The notes under the pieces were generated by a model. The model did not search any database and was not told the origin of the DNA. It was given only the letters and a program-made list of their open reading frames with translations. The position numbers and the translations under genes were made by a program. This document shows, in pieces, positions 27,905 through 39,428 of a stretch of 64,000 bases of DNA (its first letter is position 1; each line of letters begins with the position of its first letter). The DNA is from Vicinamibacteria bacterium (GTDB taxonomy: Bacteria > Acidobacteriota > Vicinamibacteria > Marinacidobacterales > Marinacidobacteraceae). The stretch lies in contig OY821641.1 of NCBI GenBank assembly GCA_963555995.3, positions 544,001 through 608,000 of the forward strand, in the 5' to 3' direction.

Positions 27905-28291
27905 GTGGCCGGCGGGAACCTCACCTGGCGGTACCACCGCCCCGGTTGAATGAGTTGCAAGAAGACGCAGGAGTTTCTTGCGGCGAACGGCATTGGGGAC
28001 GGGGAAATCCAGAACGCGAACAAGGCCCCGATTGAGGGCGACGCGGCGCTCGCGCTGCTGGAAGGCGTGAGCGAACTGCTGGTCGCGAAGGGCCGGAAGG
28101 TGGAGCGGTTCGACCTCACCGGCGACCGCCCGGACGACGTGACCCTGAGCGGGGCCATGGTCGGCAGCTACACGAACCTGACGGACCTGCTGCTCGGCCG
28201 CTCGGGCAAGCTCCGGGCCCCGACCATGCGGGTCGGCGACCGGTTGGTGGTCGGCTACAACCAGGAGTTGCTCGAGTCCGTCTTCGGGTAG
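27905..28291 (+). CDS. ArsC/thioredoxin-fold selenoprotein (UxxC)
   Basis: GGAGGAG RBS and GTG at 27905; YHRPG-UGA(27947)-MSC-KK in frame; LLGRSGKLRAPT.RVG..LVVGYN; downstream SECIS-like hairpin. Confidence 0.85.
27950..27981 (+). promoter_or_regulatory. bacterial SECIS-like stem-loop
   Basis: GCAAGAA(G)AC-GCAGGA-GTTTCTTGC; G-first loop begins 17 nt after the UGA. Confidence 0.65.
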
Positions 28292-28357
28292 GGAGCCGTC
28301 GGGCTCAAGCGCCTGGTGAATGCCCTCGGCGGGCAGCGGGACGAGCCCCGTCCCGCG

Positions 28358-28744
28358 TCAGGAGAGCGGCTGCCAGAGACCGAGGACGCTCCCCTCCGGA
28401 TCCTTGAACTGGGCGTAGATGCCCATGTTCGGGATCTCCGTGGGGTTCACCAGGATGGTCCCGCCGGCGGCTTCGACCTCGCGCACCCGCTGCTCGCACG
28501 AGGAAACCTCGATCACCAGTACCGGAGACTGGGCGCCCCCTCCGTCCTCCCGAGGAAAAAACCCACCGTTGATGCCACCCGGCGTCGCCGGAATCCCCTG
28601 CTCGTCCGCCGGGGTCGTGACCGCGAAGGTGTAGGGTGCGTCGCCGGAAACCTCCGTGAACTGCCATCCGAACACCTTCTTGTAGAAGGTGGTGGCGCGG
28701 GATTTGTCGCTGAACGGGATCTCGAAGTGGCAGACGCGGTCCAT
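28358..28744 (-). CDS. VOC/glyoxalase family protein
   Basis: VCHFEIP, FY..VFGW, GGINGG, AAGG, FKDPEG..LGLWQ. Confidence 0.92.
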   Translation of the reverse strand: MDRVCHFEIPFSDKSRATTFYKKVFGWQFTEVSGDAPYTFAVTTPADEQGIPATPGGINGGFFPREDGGGAQSPVLVIEVSSCEQRVREVEAAGGTILVNPTEIPNMGIYAQFKDPEGSVLGLWQPLS

Positions 28745-28982
28745 GAAAGCTCCTCCTTGGGAGTTGGAAAGGATGTCGGATCAGCCGAACGACTCGGCGG
28801 CGGATCTTGTTCCATCCTGCTGTCCACCGCCTGGCAGGGCGCGGGGCGCTGACAGAGAGGAAGGCACGTACGGCTGGGAACGCCGGCGCTCCAAGCCGGG
28901 TGCGCCACCGGACACAGGCGGTCGCCGGGGTTGTGAACCGGGCCGGGAAACTCCACACTAGGCCGGCTCGGGAGGAACCCCC

Positions 28983-31043
28983 ATGAAGAATGCCTTGATC
29001 GCACTGGCCGTGCTGCTCGTTGCCGGCGCCGCCGTCGCGCAGGAGACCGCCGGCGACGGACGGCTGACCGCCTCGCACATCCTCGATTGGGAACGCGTGA
29101 GCGGCCCCGCCATCGCGCCCGACGGCTCCGTCGTGATCTACACCCGCAGCCACGTGGACCGGACGAAGGACCGCTGGGCCTCGGAACTGTGGATGGTGAA
29201 CGCGGACGGCAGCCGCAACCGCTTCCTGACCAGGGGGTCGGGTCCGGCGTGGTCGCCGGACGGGACCCGCATCGCCTACCTCGCGGACGCCGGGGACGAC
29301 GGGAGCCAGATCTTCGTCCGCTGGATGGACGCCGAGGGCGCCACCTCGCAGATCACCCGGGACGGTCCGACCCCGCGCGACATCCACTGGTCCCCGGACT
29401 CGCAGCACATCGCCTTCACCCGAATGGTCGCCGCCCCGGAGACCTGGGATCTCCCTTCGTTGCCGGCTCCGCCGGAGGGCGCCACTTGGACGAAGACCCC
29501 GCGGATCGTCCGGAAGATGCACTTCCGCCAGGACCGGGTGGGGTTCCTCGAGGAGGGCTACCGCCATCTCTTCGTGGTTCCCGCTGACGGCGGGGCGGCG
29601 CGCCAGCTCACCCAGGGTGGCTGGCACGTGGGCTCGCGCGGCGCGGTGGGCCTCGACTACGGGGCGGGGCTCGACTGGACCCCGGACGGCAAGGGGCTGG
29701 TCTTCGACGCCTCCCGGGCGGAGGACGCGGACCTCCGCTACCGCGAGTCGCACATCCACTTCGTGGACGTCGCGACCGGGGCCATCCGCCAGATCACCGA
29801 CAAGCGCGGCCCGTGGGCGGGTCCGGTGGTATCGCCCGACGGCGAACACGTCGCCTTCAGCGGCTACGACTGGACCGAACAGACCTACAAGGTGAGTGAC
29901 CTCCAGGTGATCGGCTTCGACGGCTCGGCGATGCGCTCCCTGTCGGTGAGCTTCGACCGGGACGCCAACAATCCGATCTGGGGGCCCGACAGCGACCGGA
30001 TCTACTTCACCGCCGACGACCGCGGCTCTCGGAACCTGCACGTGGCCTCGCTGGACGGCGGGACCAGCCCGGTGACCGAGGGCGCCCACCTGCTCACCGT
30101 GAACACCATCTCGGCCACCGGAGTGGCGGCGGCGATCCGCACCTCCTTCCACGAGCCGGCGGACGTGGTGGTGTTCCCGGTTTCCGATCCGTCGCAGCGG
30201 ACGCGCATCACCGCCGTGAACGACGACGTGCTCGCCGGAATCGAGCTCGGCGAGGTGGAGGAGCTCTGGTACGACTCGACGGACGGAACCCGGGCGCAGG
30301 GCTGGGTCATCAAGCCGCCCGGATTCGACCCTGGCCGGCAGTACCCGATGGTCCTCCACATCCACGGCGGGCCCCACGCCATGTACAACGTGGGCTTCAA
30401 CAACGCCTTCCAGAACTTCGCCGCCAACGACTACCTCCTGCTCTACACGAACCCCCGCGGCAGCACCGGCTACGGGACCGACTTCGGGAACGCCATTGAC
30501 AACGGCTACCCGAGCGTGGACTACGACGACCTCATGGCGGGCGTGGACGCCACCATCGCGCGCGGCTACGTGGACGAGACCCGGATGTACGTGACCGGAT
30601 GCAGCGGCGGCGGGGTGCTGTCCTCCTGGGTGATCGGCCAGACCAACCGCTTCGCGGCCGCTTCCGTCCGTTGCCCCGTGGTCAACTGGATGAGCTTCGC
30701 CGGCACCGCGGACATTCCCCGCTGGGGTTACAGCCGCTACCACGGCTTCCCCTGGGACAACGCCGAGAAGTACCTGGAGCACTCCCCGCTCATGTACGTG
30801 GACCGGGTCACCACCCCGACCCTGCTGATGACCGGCGAGCTGGACCTGCGGACGCCGATGAGCCAGACCGAGGAGTACTACCAGGCGCTCAAGGCCGTCG
30901 GCGTCCCCACCGAGCTGGTGCGCTTTTACGACGAGTACCACGGGACGAGTTCGCAGCCCTCGAACTTCATCCGCACCCAGCTCTACATGCTGGACTGGTT
31001 CGCGCGCTACACCCGTGATCCGGCCGGGGAGACCGACCGATGA
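28983..31043 (+). CDS. S9 family peptidase (secreted, with propeller domain)
   Basis: signal peptide, WSPDG repeats, IHGGPH, NPRGSTGYG, GCSGGG nucleophile, D and H of the triad. Confidence 0.93.
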   Translation: MKNALIALAVLLVAGAAVAQETAGDGRLTASHILDWERVSGPAIAPDGSVVIYTRSHVDRTKDRWASELWMVNADGSRNRFLTRGSGPAWSPDGTRIAYLADAGDDGSQIFVRWMDAEGATSQITRDGPTPRDIHWSPDSQHIAFTRMVAAPETWDLPSLPAPPEGATWTKTPRIVRKMHFRQDRVGFLEEGYRHLFVVPADGGAARQLTQGGWHVGSRGAVGLDYGAGLDWTPDGKGLVFDASRAEDADLRYRESHIHFVDVATGAIRQITDKRGPWAGPVVSPDGEHVAFSGYDWTEQTYKVSDLQVIGFDGSAMRSLSVSFDRDANNPIWGPDSDRIYFTADDRGSRNLHVASLDGGTSPVTEGAHLLTVNTISATGVAAAIRTSFHEPADVVVFPVSDPSQRTRITAVNDDVLAGIELGEVEELWYDSTDGTRAQGWVIKPPGFDPGRQYPMVLHIHGGPHAMYNVGFNNAFQNFAANDYLLLYTNPRGSTGYGTDFGNAIDNGYPSVDYDDLMAGVDATIARGYVDETRMYVTGCSGGGVLSSWVIGQTNRFAAASVRCPVVNWMSFAGTADIPRWGYSRYHGFPWDNAEKYLEHSPLMYVDRVTTPTLLMTGELDLRTPMSQTEEYYQALKAVGVPTELVRFYDEYHGTSSQPSNFIRTQLYMLDWFARYTRDPAGETDR

Positions 31044-31492
31044 CCCGCCGCGTCAACCTTGCGCTCGCGCTGGCTGCGGGTCTCGGCCTCGCCGCCGGGT
31101 TCGCGGCAGGGCGCTCTTCAGCGGGGGTTCAGGCCAGCGATCTGGGGCGCTTCGTCAGCGCCAGCGGCGCCGAGATCGAGCTCCTGCTCTCGGAATCCAA
31201 CCTCGGGGGCAACGAGGTCCAGATCGGGGAGATCACCTGGCCGCCCGGCGCCAACTCCGGGAACCACCCGCACGGCGCCACCGAGGTCTTCTACGTGCTC
31301 GAAGGCGAACTCGAGCACGTGGTGGACGGGGTCTCCGAAATCCTCGGACCGGGGGACCTCGGCTTCGTGCGCCCGCCCTCCGAGGTGAACCACATCACTT
31401 CGCCCGACGGGGGTCCGGTCCGCGCGCTGGTGATCTGGGCTCCCGGCGGCGAGGGGACCCGGATCGTCGGGAACTGGCGGCGGGCGGAATAG
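31040..31492 (+). CDS. cupin domain protein
   Basis: HPHGATEVFYVLEG...PGD....P...H; N-terminal signal/TM. Confidence 0.88.
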   Translation: MTRRVNLALALAAGLGLAAGFAAGRSSAGVQASDLGRFVSASGAEIELLLSESNLGGNEVQIGEITWPPGANSGNHPHGATEVFYVLEGELEHVVDGVSEILGPGDLGFVRPPSEVNHITSPDGGPVRALVIWAPGGEGTRIVGNWRRAE

Positions 31493-31498
31493 CTCTCG

Positions 31499-33637
31499 CT
31501 ACCGCGAAAACCCGAAGCGATAGGCGGCGGAAACCCGCAGACTCCGGCCCGGCTGAGGCACCACCGCCGGGAAGACCGCGTAGTACTCGTCCGTCAGGTT
31601 GTTGAGCGCCACCGTCCAGTCCACTCCGGCGAGCGGGCCGCGGTCCGGAGTGAAGCGGAGAAACAGGTCCAGGATCCGGTAGCCCGGCGCCTCCCCGTCG
31701 GCGTCGGCCGTCCGGCTCGCCGCCAGTCCCCGGGTCCGGCTGCCCGCGAGCGTCGCCCGGCCGCCGACTTCGAGGTCGAAACGTGGCAGGCGGCCGCTCG
31801 CCGTCAGGTGGAGCGCGTTTGCCGGCGCTCGTCCCAGCGGATCTCCGGTAGTCACCTCTTCGGTGTCCAGCAGCGAGCCGCTCGCCCGGAGCCGGAACCG
31901 GGGCCGTTCGAACAGCCCCGCCGCTTCGCATCCGCGGAGACGGGCGTCGAGCGACGTGTTGTAGGTGAATCCCCGGATGATCGTCCTCCCGGTGACCGGG
32001 TCCACCTCCAGTTCAAGGGTCGGGTCCGCCACCACGACGATCTGGTCCACGTAGTCCGCGACGTTCTGGTCGAAGCAGGTCGTCTCGAACGAGAGCGATC
32101 CCCGGCCGCCCCGGAATCCGGCCTCCCAGGAGGCGCCCCGTTCGGCGGCCAGCGTCGGGTCCGGCCGGAACCGGTTCAGGACATCAACCCCGGATCCCAC
32201 CGGAAACTGGAAGTGGAGCCCGTCCGCGTAGAGCTCGGTGAGGCTCGGGACCCGGAACCCCCGCGAAGCCCCGACCCAGACGAACGCGGCATCGCCGAGG
32301 CGGTAGCCGGCGGTGGCCCGCGGCGAGACCTGGCCCTCGTCGCGGGCGGGAAAGCGGTCTGCCCGGATCCGCCAGTGGTCGCGCCGGAGGCCGAGCGCGA
32401 GCTGCAGCCGGTCCCGGACCTCCGCCTCCCCGTAAACGAAGGCGCCGAAGTAGCGGGCGTCCGCATCCGGGAACTGGAGGCGCGGCGCTCCGTCCCTTGT
32501 TCCCGACTGCGTGTCGCGGTACGCCTCGCCGCCGAGATTCAGGGTGAAGCGGACGGCGTCGCCCCACCGGAAGCGGGAACTGTTGTGCGCCTCCAGTCCC
32601 ACGGTCTCGAACGCGGTGTCGTCCCGGCGGGTGCGGATCCGCATGTCCTCTCCGACCTCCACCGCGTTGCGGTAGCCGAGGACGGACAGGTCCAGCCAGT
32701 CGGACGCCTGCGAACGGGTCCGGAAACCGGCGCGCAGCGCCTCGAAGCGGGTGTCGCGGTCCACCAGCGTCCCGGTCAGGTCGTTCGCGTTCGTGGGCTC
32801 CGCCGCCCGGTTGTCGAACCCCTGCCAGGAGACCTCCCAGCGCGTCGCGTCGCTCGGCGTCCAGCCCAGCTTCACCAGCCCGTTCCGCAGCTCGTCCTCG
32901 GTGTTGGGAATGGCGTTCCCGTTCCCGTCGCGGATCGGGGCGCGGGTTCCCCCGAGGCCGAAGTTCACGAGGGCGTCGAACGCCTCCCCCGCGGCGAACC
33001 CCGAAAAGGACTGGGTCAGGTCACCCCCGTTCGACTGGTAGCCGACCCGGTAGCGCCCCCCGAACTCCTCGCCGGCCTCCAGCAGGTTCCGGGCGCTCCG
33101 GGTGGTGAGCGACACCACCCCGCCCAGCGCCCCGCTCCCGAACACCGCCGAGTTCGCGCCCCGCAGGACCTCGACGCGCTGGAGGAGGTCCGGGTCGGTG
33201 AAGAACCGGCCGCCGTGCGCCGCGTTGAAGTTCTGCCGGCCCCCGTCCTGCCGGACCACCACCTGCTGGTCGGCGAAGCCGCGGATGTTCGGGGCCTCGG
33301 TGATCCGGCGGGCGTTCCCCTGGATGGAGACCCCCGGAATGCCCTCGAAGAGATCGGTGAAGGTCCGCGCCGCTTCCGAGGCCAGTTCCTCTTCGGTGCG
33401 CACCGCAATGGCCGCGGGGGCCGTCAGCAGCGGCGTCTCGGCGCGGGACGCAGTGACCACCACGGTCTCCGAGACTACCGGGAGGGTCCGTTCGTCCGGT
33501 TCGACGGGAGGCTCCTCTGCCGCGCGGGCCTCCTCCGCTTCCCCGGAGGTCTGCGCCCCCGCCGGGAGGGCCAGCGCCAGCATTCCCACCAGCATCCAGT
33601 TCGGTCCGCCGACCACCGCCCACCGCCGCAGATTCAT
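31499..33637 (-). CDS. TonB-dependent receptor (heme/hemoglobin-receptor-like)
   Basis: ETVVVTASR TonB box, PNIRG, RVEVLRGANS..FGSGALGGVV, FRVPS..ELY, NNLTD..Y, PGR. Confidence 0.9.
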   Translation of the reverse strand: MNLRRWAVVGGPNWMLVGMLALALPAGAQTSGEAEEARAAEEPPVEPDERTLPVVSETVVVTASRAETPLLTAPAAIAVRTEEELASEAARTFTDLFEGIPGVSIQGNARRITEAPNIRGFADQQVVVRQDGGRQNFNAAHGGRFFTDPDLLQRVEVLRGANSAVFGSGALGGVVSLTTRSARNLLEAGEEFGGRYRVGYQSNGGDLTQSFSGFAAGEAFDALVNFGLGGTRAPIRDGNGNAIPNTEDELRNGLVKLGWTPSDATRWEVSWQGFDNRAAEPTNANDLTGTLVDRDTRFEALRAGFRTRSQASDWLDLSVLGYRNAVEVGEDMRIRTRRDDTAFETVGLEAHNSSRFRWGDAVRFTLNLGGEAYRDTQSGTRDGAPRLQFPDADARYFGAFVYGEAEVRDRLQLALGLRRDHWRIRADRFPARDEGQVSPRATAGYRLGDAAFVWVGASRGFRVPSLTELYADGLHFQFPVGSGVDVLNRFRPDPTLAAERGASWEAGFRGGRGSLSFETTCFDQNVADYVDQIVVVADPTLELEVDPVTGRTIIRGFTYNTSLDARLRGCEAAGLFERPRFRLRASGSLLDTEEVTTGDPLGRAPANALHLTASGRLPRFDLEVGGRATLAGSRTRGLAASRTADADGEAPGYRILDLFLRFTPDRGPLAGVDWTVALNNLTDEYYAVFPAVVPQPGRSLRVSAAYRFGFSR

Positions 33638-33650
33638 CCGGCGGAAAGGC

Positions 33651-33740
33651 TAGCAGCCGGTGGTGAAACCCACGTGAGCGCGAAGACGCTGGGAGCGCCG
33701 GTCTTCAGACCGGCATCGCGGCCGAAGGCCGCGAAACTCC
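33651..33740. repeat. left portion of the MITE/REP family seen at 7841
   Basis: TAGCAGCCGGTGGTGAAACCCACGTGAGCG...GGAGCGCCGGTCTTCAGACCGGCATCGCGGCCGAAGGCCGCGAAAC. Confidence 0.65.
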
Positions 33741-33840
33741 CGCGGCCATTCTTCCGCATGACGTAGCGCCATCCTGTGTGAAGTTGCGCCATGCGGCAAC
33801 GGATCACGATGGGCGTCGCGCCACCCCCGAAGCATCTATT

Positions 33841-33889
33841 GCCTGTTAATCTCAGCACGTCATACCGAAATATGCTGTAAAATCCAGCA
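33841..33889 (+). promoter_or_regulatory. two palindromic boxes 32 bp apart over a probable leaderless promoter
   Basis: GCCTGTTAATCTCAGCA (33841) and TGCTGTAAAATCCAGCA (33873); TAAAAT -10 ends 8 nt before the ATG. Confidence 0.55.
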
Positions 33890-33891
33890 CA

Positions 33892-35145
33892 ATGAACCCG
33901 GATCAGCAGAAATTTCGGTGGCTTTCCACACGCCTCCCGTCTTCCGGCACGCGGCGGCTCGTCGTCCTCACCGGAGCGCGGCAGACGGGCAAGACCACGC
34001 TCGCCCAGCGTTCGTACCCCGGGCTTCGTTACGTCAACCTCGACTCGCTGGAAGACCGCGAGGCGATGCGCCGGCTCCCGACCGCGCTCTGGAGCCGGGA
34101 GGTCGGCCCGGCGGTACTTGACGAAGCGCAGAAGGAACCCCGGGTGTTCGACAAGGTGAAGTTCGCCTACGACGCGCGATCGGTGTCTTTCTCGGTTCTT
34201 CTGGGCTCGTCACGCATCCTCCTGCTCGACCGGGTTCGGGAATCGCTTGCCGGCCGCGCTTTCCTCTACGAGCTGTGGCCCCTGATGGCGTCCGAGATCC
34301 GCACCCCGGTCGGGGCGCGCCCGGATCCCCCGCTGTTCGACGACCTGCTCACGGCACCCGGATCGTTGGCCGACATTCTTCGGCGACAACCTCCGAGACT
34401 GCTCGGCGATGCCGAGGCGGACCGCCTTGGGGCGCTCGACCACCTGGCCCGCTGGGGCGGGATGCCGGAACTCGTCTACCTGGACGACACCGCCCGGCGC
34501 GATTGGCTTCGTTCCTACCAGCAGAGCTGGCTGGAGCGCGATCTCGCCGACCTGACCCGGCTGCGCGACCTGCTCCCCTTCCGCACCTTGCAGCGTCTCG
34601 CGATGCTGCGCTCGGGCGGGCTCCTCAATTCATCGGAACTCGGGCGCGACGCGGGCGTGGACGGGAGCACCGCCCGGCGTTATCTCCGGTTCCTGGAGCT
34701 GTCCTATCAGGTCGTGCTGCTGCCGCCCTACCGGCGAAACCTCACGAGCGCCGCGGTGAAGACCCCGAAGCTCTACTGGATGGACCTCGGACTCCTGCGG
34801 CAGGGCGCCGGAACCTGGGGCGACCTCACCGGAGAGATGTTCGAGACGCTTGTCGTCGCCGAGGCGCACAAGTGGATCGAGACGATGGGACGCGACGCGC
34901 GGCTCTCGTTCTGGCGCACCCGGTCGGGACGCGAGGTGGACCTCGTGGTGACCACGCCGGGCGGCGTCCTCGGTCTGGAGGTCAAGGGACGGGCGCGCGT
35001 CGGACGGCGGGACACCGCCAGTCTGCGAGCGCTCGGGGAGGCCCTCGGCGACGAGTGGGCGGGCGGCCTCGTCGTCCACCGGGGAAGCGATCTTCAGGAA
35101 CTGGGCCCGAACCTCTGGGCGGTTCCCGCCCACCGCCTTTTCTGA
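33892..35145 (+). CDS. AAA_14 ATPase + DUF4143 protein
   Basis: GARQTGKTT, LDEAQ, ESLAGR, GGMPE, ERDL, HTH-like segment, KTPKLYWMDLGL, FWRT..G.EVD, LEVK. Confidence 0.92.
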   Translation: MNPDQQKFRWLSTRLPSSGTRRLVVLTGARQTGKTTLAQRSYPGLRYVNLDSLEDREAMRRLPTALWSREVGPAVLDEAQKEPRVFDKVKFAYDARSVSFSVLLGSSRILLLDRVRESLAGRAFLYELWPLMASEIRTPVGARPDPPLFDDLLTAPGSLADILRRQPPRLLGDAEADRLGALDHLARWGGMPELVYLDDTARRDWLRSYQQSWLERDLADLTRLRDLLPFRTLQRLAMLRSGGLLNSSELGRDAGVDGSTARRYLRFLELSYQVVLLPPYRRNLTSAAVKTPKLYWMDLGLLRQGAGTWGDLTGEMFETLVVAEAHKWIETMGRDARLSFWRTRSGREVDLVVTTPGGVLGLEVKGRARVGRRDTASLRALGEALGDEWAGGLVVHRGSDLQELGPNLWAVPAHRLF

Positions 35146-35191
35146 TCCACCATCGCCCCCCAGTGGCCTCGGATGCCCGATAATCCACCTC

Positions 35192-35416
35192 ATGCTGACG
35201 ACGAGAGCGGACGAGAAGCGGCGGGTGACCCTGCCCGAGGTCGAACCGGGTGATTTGTTCGAGATTCGACGCCCCGGGAACGGAGACTTCATCCTGGTAC
35301 GGCGACCGTCACAGCCGCGAATGAGCCGTGCCGAGCGGCTCGAGGCGATGGCGAGGACGCCGTTCAAGATGCGCATGTCGTGGGAGGAACTCCGCCGCCT
35401 CACGCGCGAGCCATGA
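35192..35416 (+). CDS. AbrB/MazE-like antitoxin (VapB-like)
   Basis: 74 aa, DEKRRVTLP...PGD.FEI; ATGA overlap with the PIN gene. Confidence 0.7.
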   Translation: MLTTRADEKRRVTLPEVEPGDLFEIRRPGNGDFILVRRPSQPRMSRAERLEAMARTPFKMRMSWEELRRLTREP

Positions 35417-35829
35417 CGCTGTTGGACACGAATGTTCTGATCTATGCGTCTGACGCCGGTACCGACCATCACTCATGGGCAGGCGACATCATCACGAACG
35501 CCGCCGATTCGGCGGGGGCCGGCCTCAATCCCGTCAGCCTCGCTGAACTCTGCGTAGGCGTCGAGGCCCCCGATCCGATGCTCGCCTGGATACAGGTGTC
35601 CGGGATCATCCTGCTCGACATGCCGTCCCATGCTGCGTTCCAGGCCGCGCATGCTTATCGGACCTACCGGGAGCGAAGGCAGCGCCAGTCGGGGAAGCTC
35701 GCTCCCATGACTCCGCTGCCCGACTTCTTCATCGGCGCCCACGCCGAGGTGATGGGGTACTCGCTCGCGACGGCGGATGCGTCCCGGTTCCGGACCTACT
35801 TTCCGAGCGTACGGCTGATCACGCCGTGA
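35413..35829 (+). CDS. vapC: PIN domain toxin (VapC-like)
   Basis: LLDTNVLI, SLAEL, LPDFFIGAHA, LAT.D..RF..YFP. Confidence 0.9.
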   Translation: MTLLDTNVLIYASDAGTDHHSWAGDIITNAADSAGAGLNPVSLAELCVGVEAPDPMLAWIQVSGIILLDMPSHAAFQAAHAYRTYRERRQRQSGKLAPMTPLPDFFIGAHAEVMGYSLATADASRFRTYFPSVRLITP

Positions 35830-35850
35830 CACCGGCCGGACGGGTGCGCC

Positions 35851-37527
35851 TCAATACCCCATCGCGGCGCCGTCTTTCCGCGGGTCGGAACCGCCGAGCA
35901 GCACCCCGTTCTCCCAGTCGATCATGATGGCCTGGTAGCCCCCGTAGGCGCCGAACCGGGTCACCACGTTGTGTCCCATGCGGGAGAGAGCGGCGAGGTC
36001 GTCCGGGTCCACCCCGGACTCGATCCCGACTCCCGAGGCGCCGTGGCGGAACCGCGGCATCTCGCCGGCCTTCTGGACGTGCATGCCGAAATCAATCATG
36101 TTGAGGAGGACCTGGGTGTGGCCCTGGGGCTGCATGTCGCCGCCCATGACCCCGTAGGTGAGCCACGGCCTGCCGTCCCGGAAGGCCATCCCGGGCATGT
36201 TGGTGTGGAGCGCCCGCTTCCCGGGTTCGAGTTCGTTGGGGTGCCCCTCTTCCAGCGAGAAGCCGGTGCCCCGGTTCTGGAGGGCGATGCCGGTGCCCGG
36301 CACCACCAGCCCCGAGCCGAAGCTGCCGAAGATGCTGTAGATGAGGGAGATGGCGTTCCGGTCCTGGTCCACCACCGTGAGGTAGATCGTGTCGCCGTCG
36401 TCGGTCATGCCGGGCGCGACTTCGCGGGCGGCCCGCTCCGGCTCGATGGCGGCGCGGCGGGTGGCCGCGTATTTCTTGGAGATCAGCGTCTCGACCGGAA
36501 CGCGCATGTGCTCGGGATCGCCGAGGTAGGCGTCCCGGTCGGCGAAGGCCAGCTTCTTGGCCTCGATGAGCCGGTGGAGGTACGCCGCCGAGTTGTGGCC
36601 GAGTTCCGTCAGGTCGTCGTAGCCCTCGAGGATGTTCAGCATCTCGAGCGCCACGAAACCCTGCGAGTTGGGGGGGACCTGGAAGACCTCGACGCCCCGG
36701 TAGGTGGTGCTGATCGGGTCCACCCAGGTCGAGTCGTGCGCCGCCAGGTCGTCCCGGGTGACGTGCCCGCCCTCTGCCTCCATGAAGTCGTGGATGGCCT
36801 CGGCGATCTCGCCGCGGTAGAAGACGTCCGGTCCCTGGTCGGCGATCTTGCGGAGGGTCTTCGCGAAGTCCGGCGAGCGGAACACCTCGCCGTGTTCGGG
36901 AGCGCGCTTGCCGTCCACGAGGTAGGCGGCGGCGGTCGCGGGATGGCGGGCGAGCCGGGACTCCGCCTGCTTCCACTGGACGGAGATGACCTCCGACACC
37001 GGGAATCCCTCCTCGGCGTGCTGGATGGCGGGCTGCAGCAGATCGCCGAGTGGCCGGGTCCCGAAACGGCTCACCAGTTCCTCCCAGCCGTCGAGGGCGC
37101 CGGGCACGGTGACCGCCAGCGGCCCGTTCCCCGGCATCCGGGTGAGGCCCTCGGCGCGGAGCTTCGCGGCGTCCGCCCGTGCGCCGGCGCGGCCGGTGGC
37201 GTTCAGGCCGTGGAGCGTCCCGGTCGCCGCCTCGTAGTAGAGCGCGAAGAGGTCGCCGCCGATGCCGCACATCATCGGCTCCACCACGTTGAGCACCGCC
37301 GCCGCGGTGATCGCCGCATCCACGGCGTTCCCGCCCTCCATGAGCACCCGGAGCCCCGCCGCTGAGGCCAGCGGCTGGCTGGTGGCGATCATCCCGTTCC
37401 GGGCGAGCACCGGGGAGCGGCCGAGCTTCGTGTCCTTGGCGGGCCGGTCGCCCGGCGCGGCTTCGGCGTCCGGGGCGGGCGCGGCGGTCAGGAGAAGGGA
37501 CATGGCGAGCAGCACAGGAAAACGCAT
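35851..37527 (-). CDS. ggt: gamma-glutamyltransferase
   Basis: signal peptide, GGNAVDAA, EPMMCGIGGD, VPG, PPNSQG, DTIYL nucleophile Thr, GVMGG.MQPQGH, SDPRKDG. Confidence 0.95.
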   Translation of the reverse strand: MRFPVLLAMSLLLTAAPAPDAEAAPGDRPAKDTKLGRSPVLARNGMIATSQPLASAAGLRVLMEGGNAVDAAITAAAVLNVVEPMMCGIGGDLFALYYEAATGTLHGLNATGRAGARADAAKLRAEGLTRMPGNGPLAVTVPGALDGWEELVSRFGTRPLGDLLQPAIQHAEEGFPVSEVISVQWKQAESRLARHPATAAAYLVDGKRAPEHGEVFRSPDFAKTLRKIADQGPDVFYRGEIAEAIHDFMEAEGGHVTRDDLAAHDSTWVDPISTTYRGVEVFQVPPNSQGFVALEMLNILEGYDDLTELGHNSAAYLHRLIEAKKLAFADRDAYLGDPEHMRVPVETLISKKYAATRRAAIEPERAAREVAPGMTDDGDTIYLTVVDQDRNAISLIYSIFGSFGSGLVVPGTGIALQNRGTGFSLEEGHPNELEPGKRALHTNMPGMAFRDGRPWLTYGVMGGDMQPQGHTQVLLNMIDFGMHVQKAGEMPRFRHGASGVGIESGVDPDDLAALSRMGHNVVTRFGAYGGYQAIMIDWENGVLLGGSDPRKDGAAMGY

Positions 37528-37670
37528 CGGGCGATCCTCCGTCAAGGAATCGTAAGTGGCGGCTTCGGGGGTTCGGCGGCCGTGCGGGCCGCGGCGCCGT
37601 GTGGATGGGGAGCGTTGCAGCGCCGTGGGGATGGGTAGCGTCACGACGTGTGCGGAGCGGAGCGCCGCGC

Positions 37671-39424
<1,754 letters not shown>

Positions 39425-39428
<4 letters not shown>

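Noticed and set aside
27950-28291. 113-aa ORF starting MSCKK
   Set aside because: There is no RBS at this ATG and it truncates the redox motif; UGA read-through from 27905 explains it better
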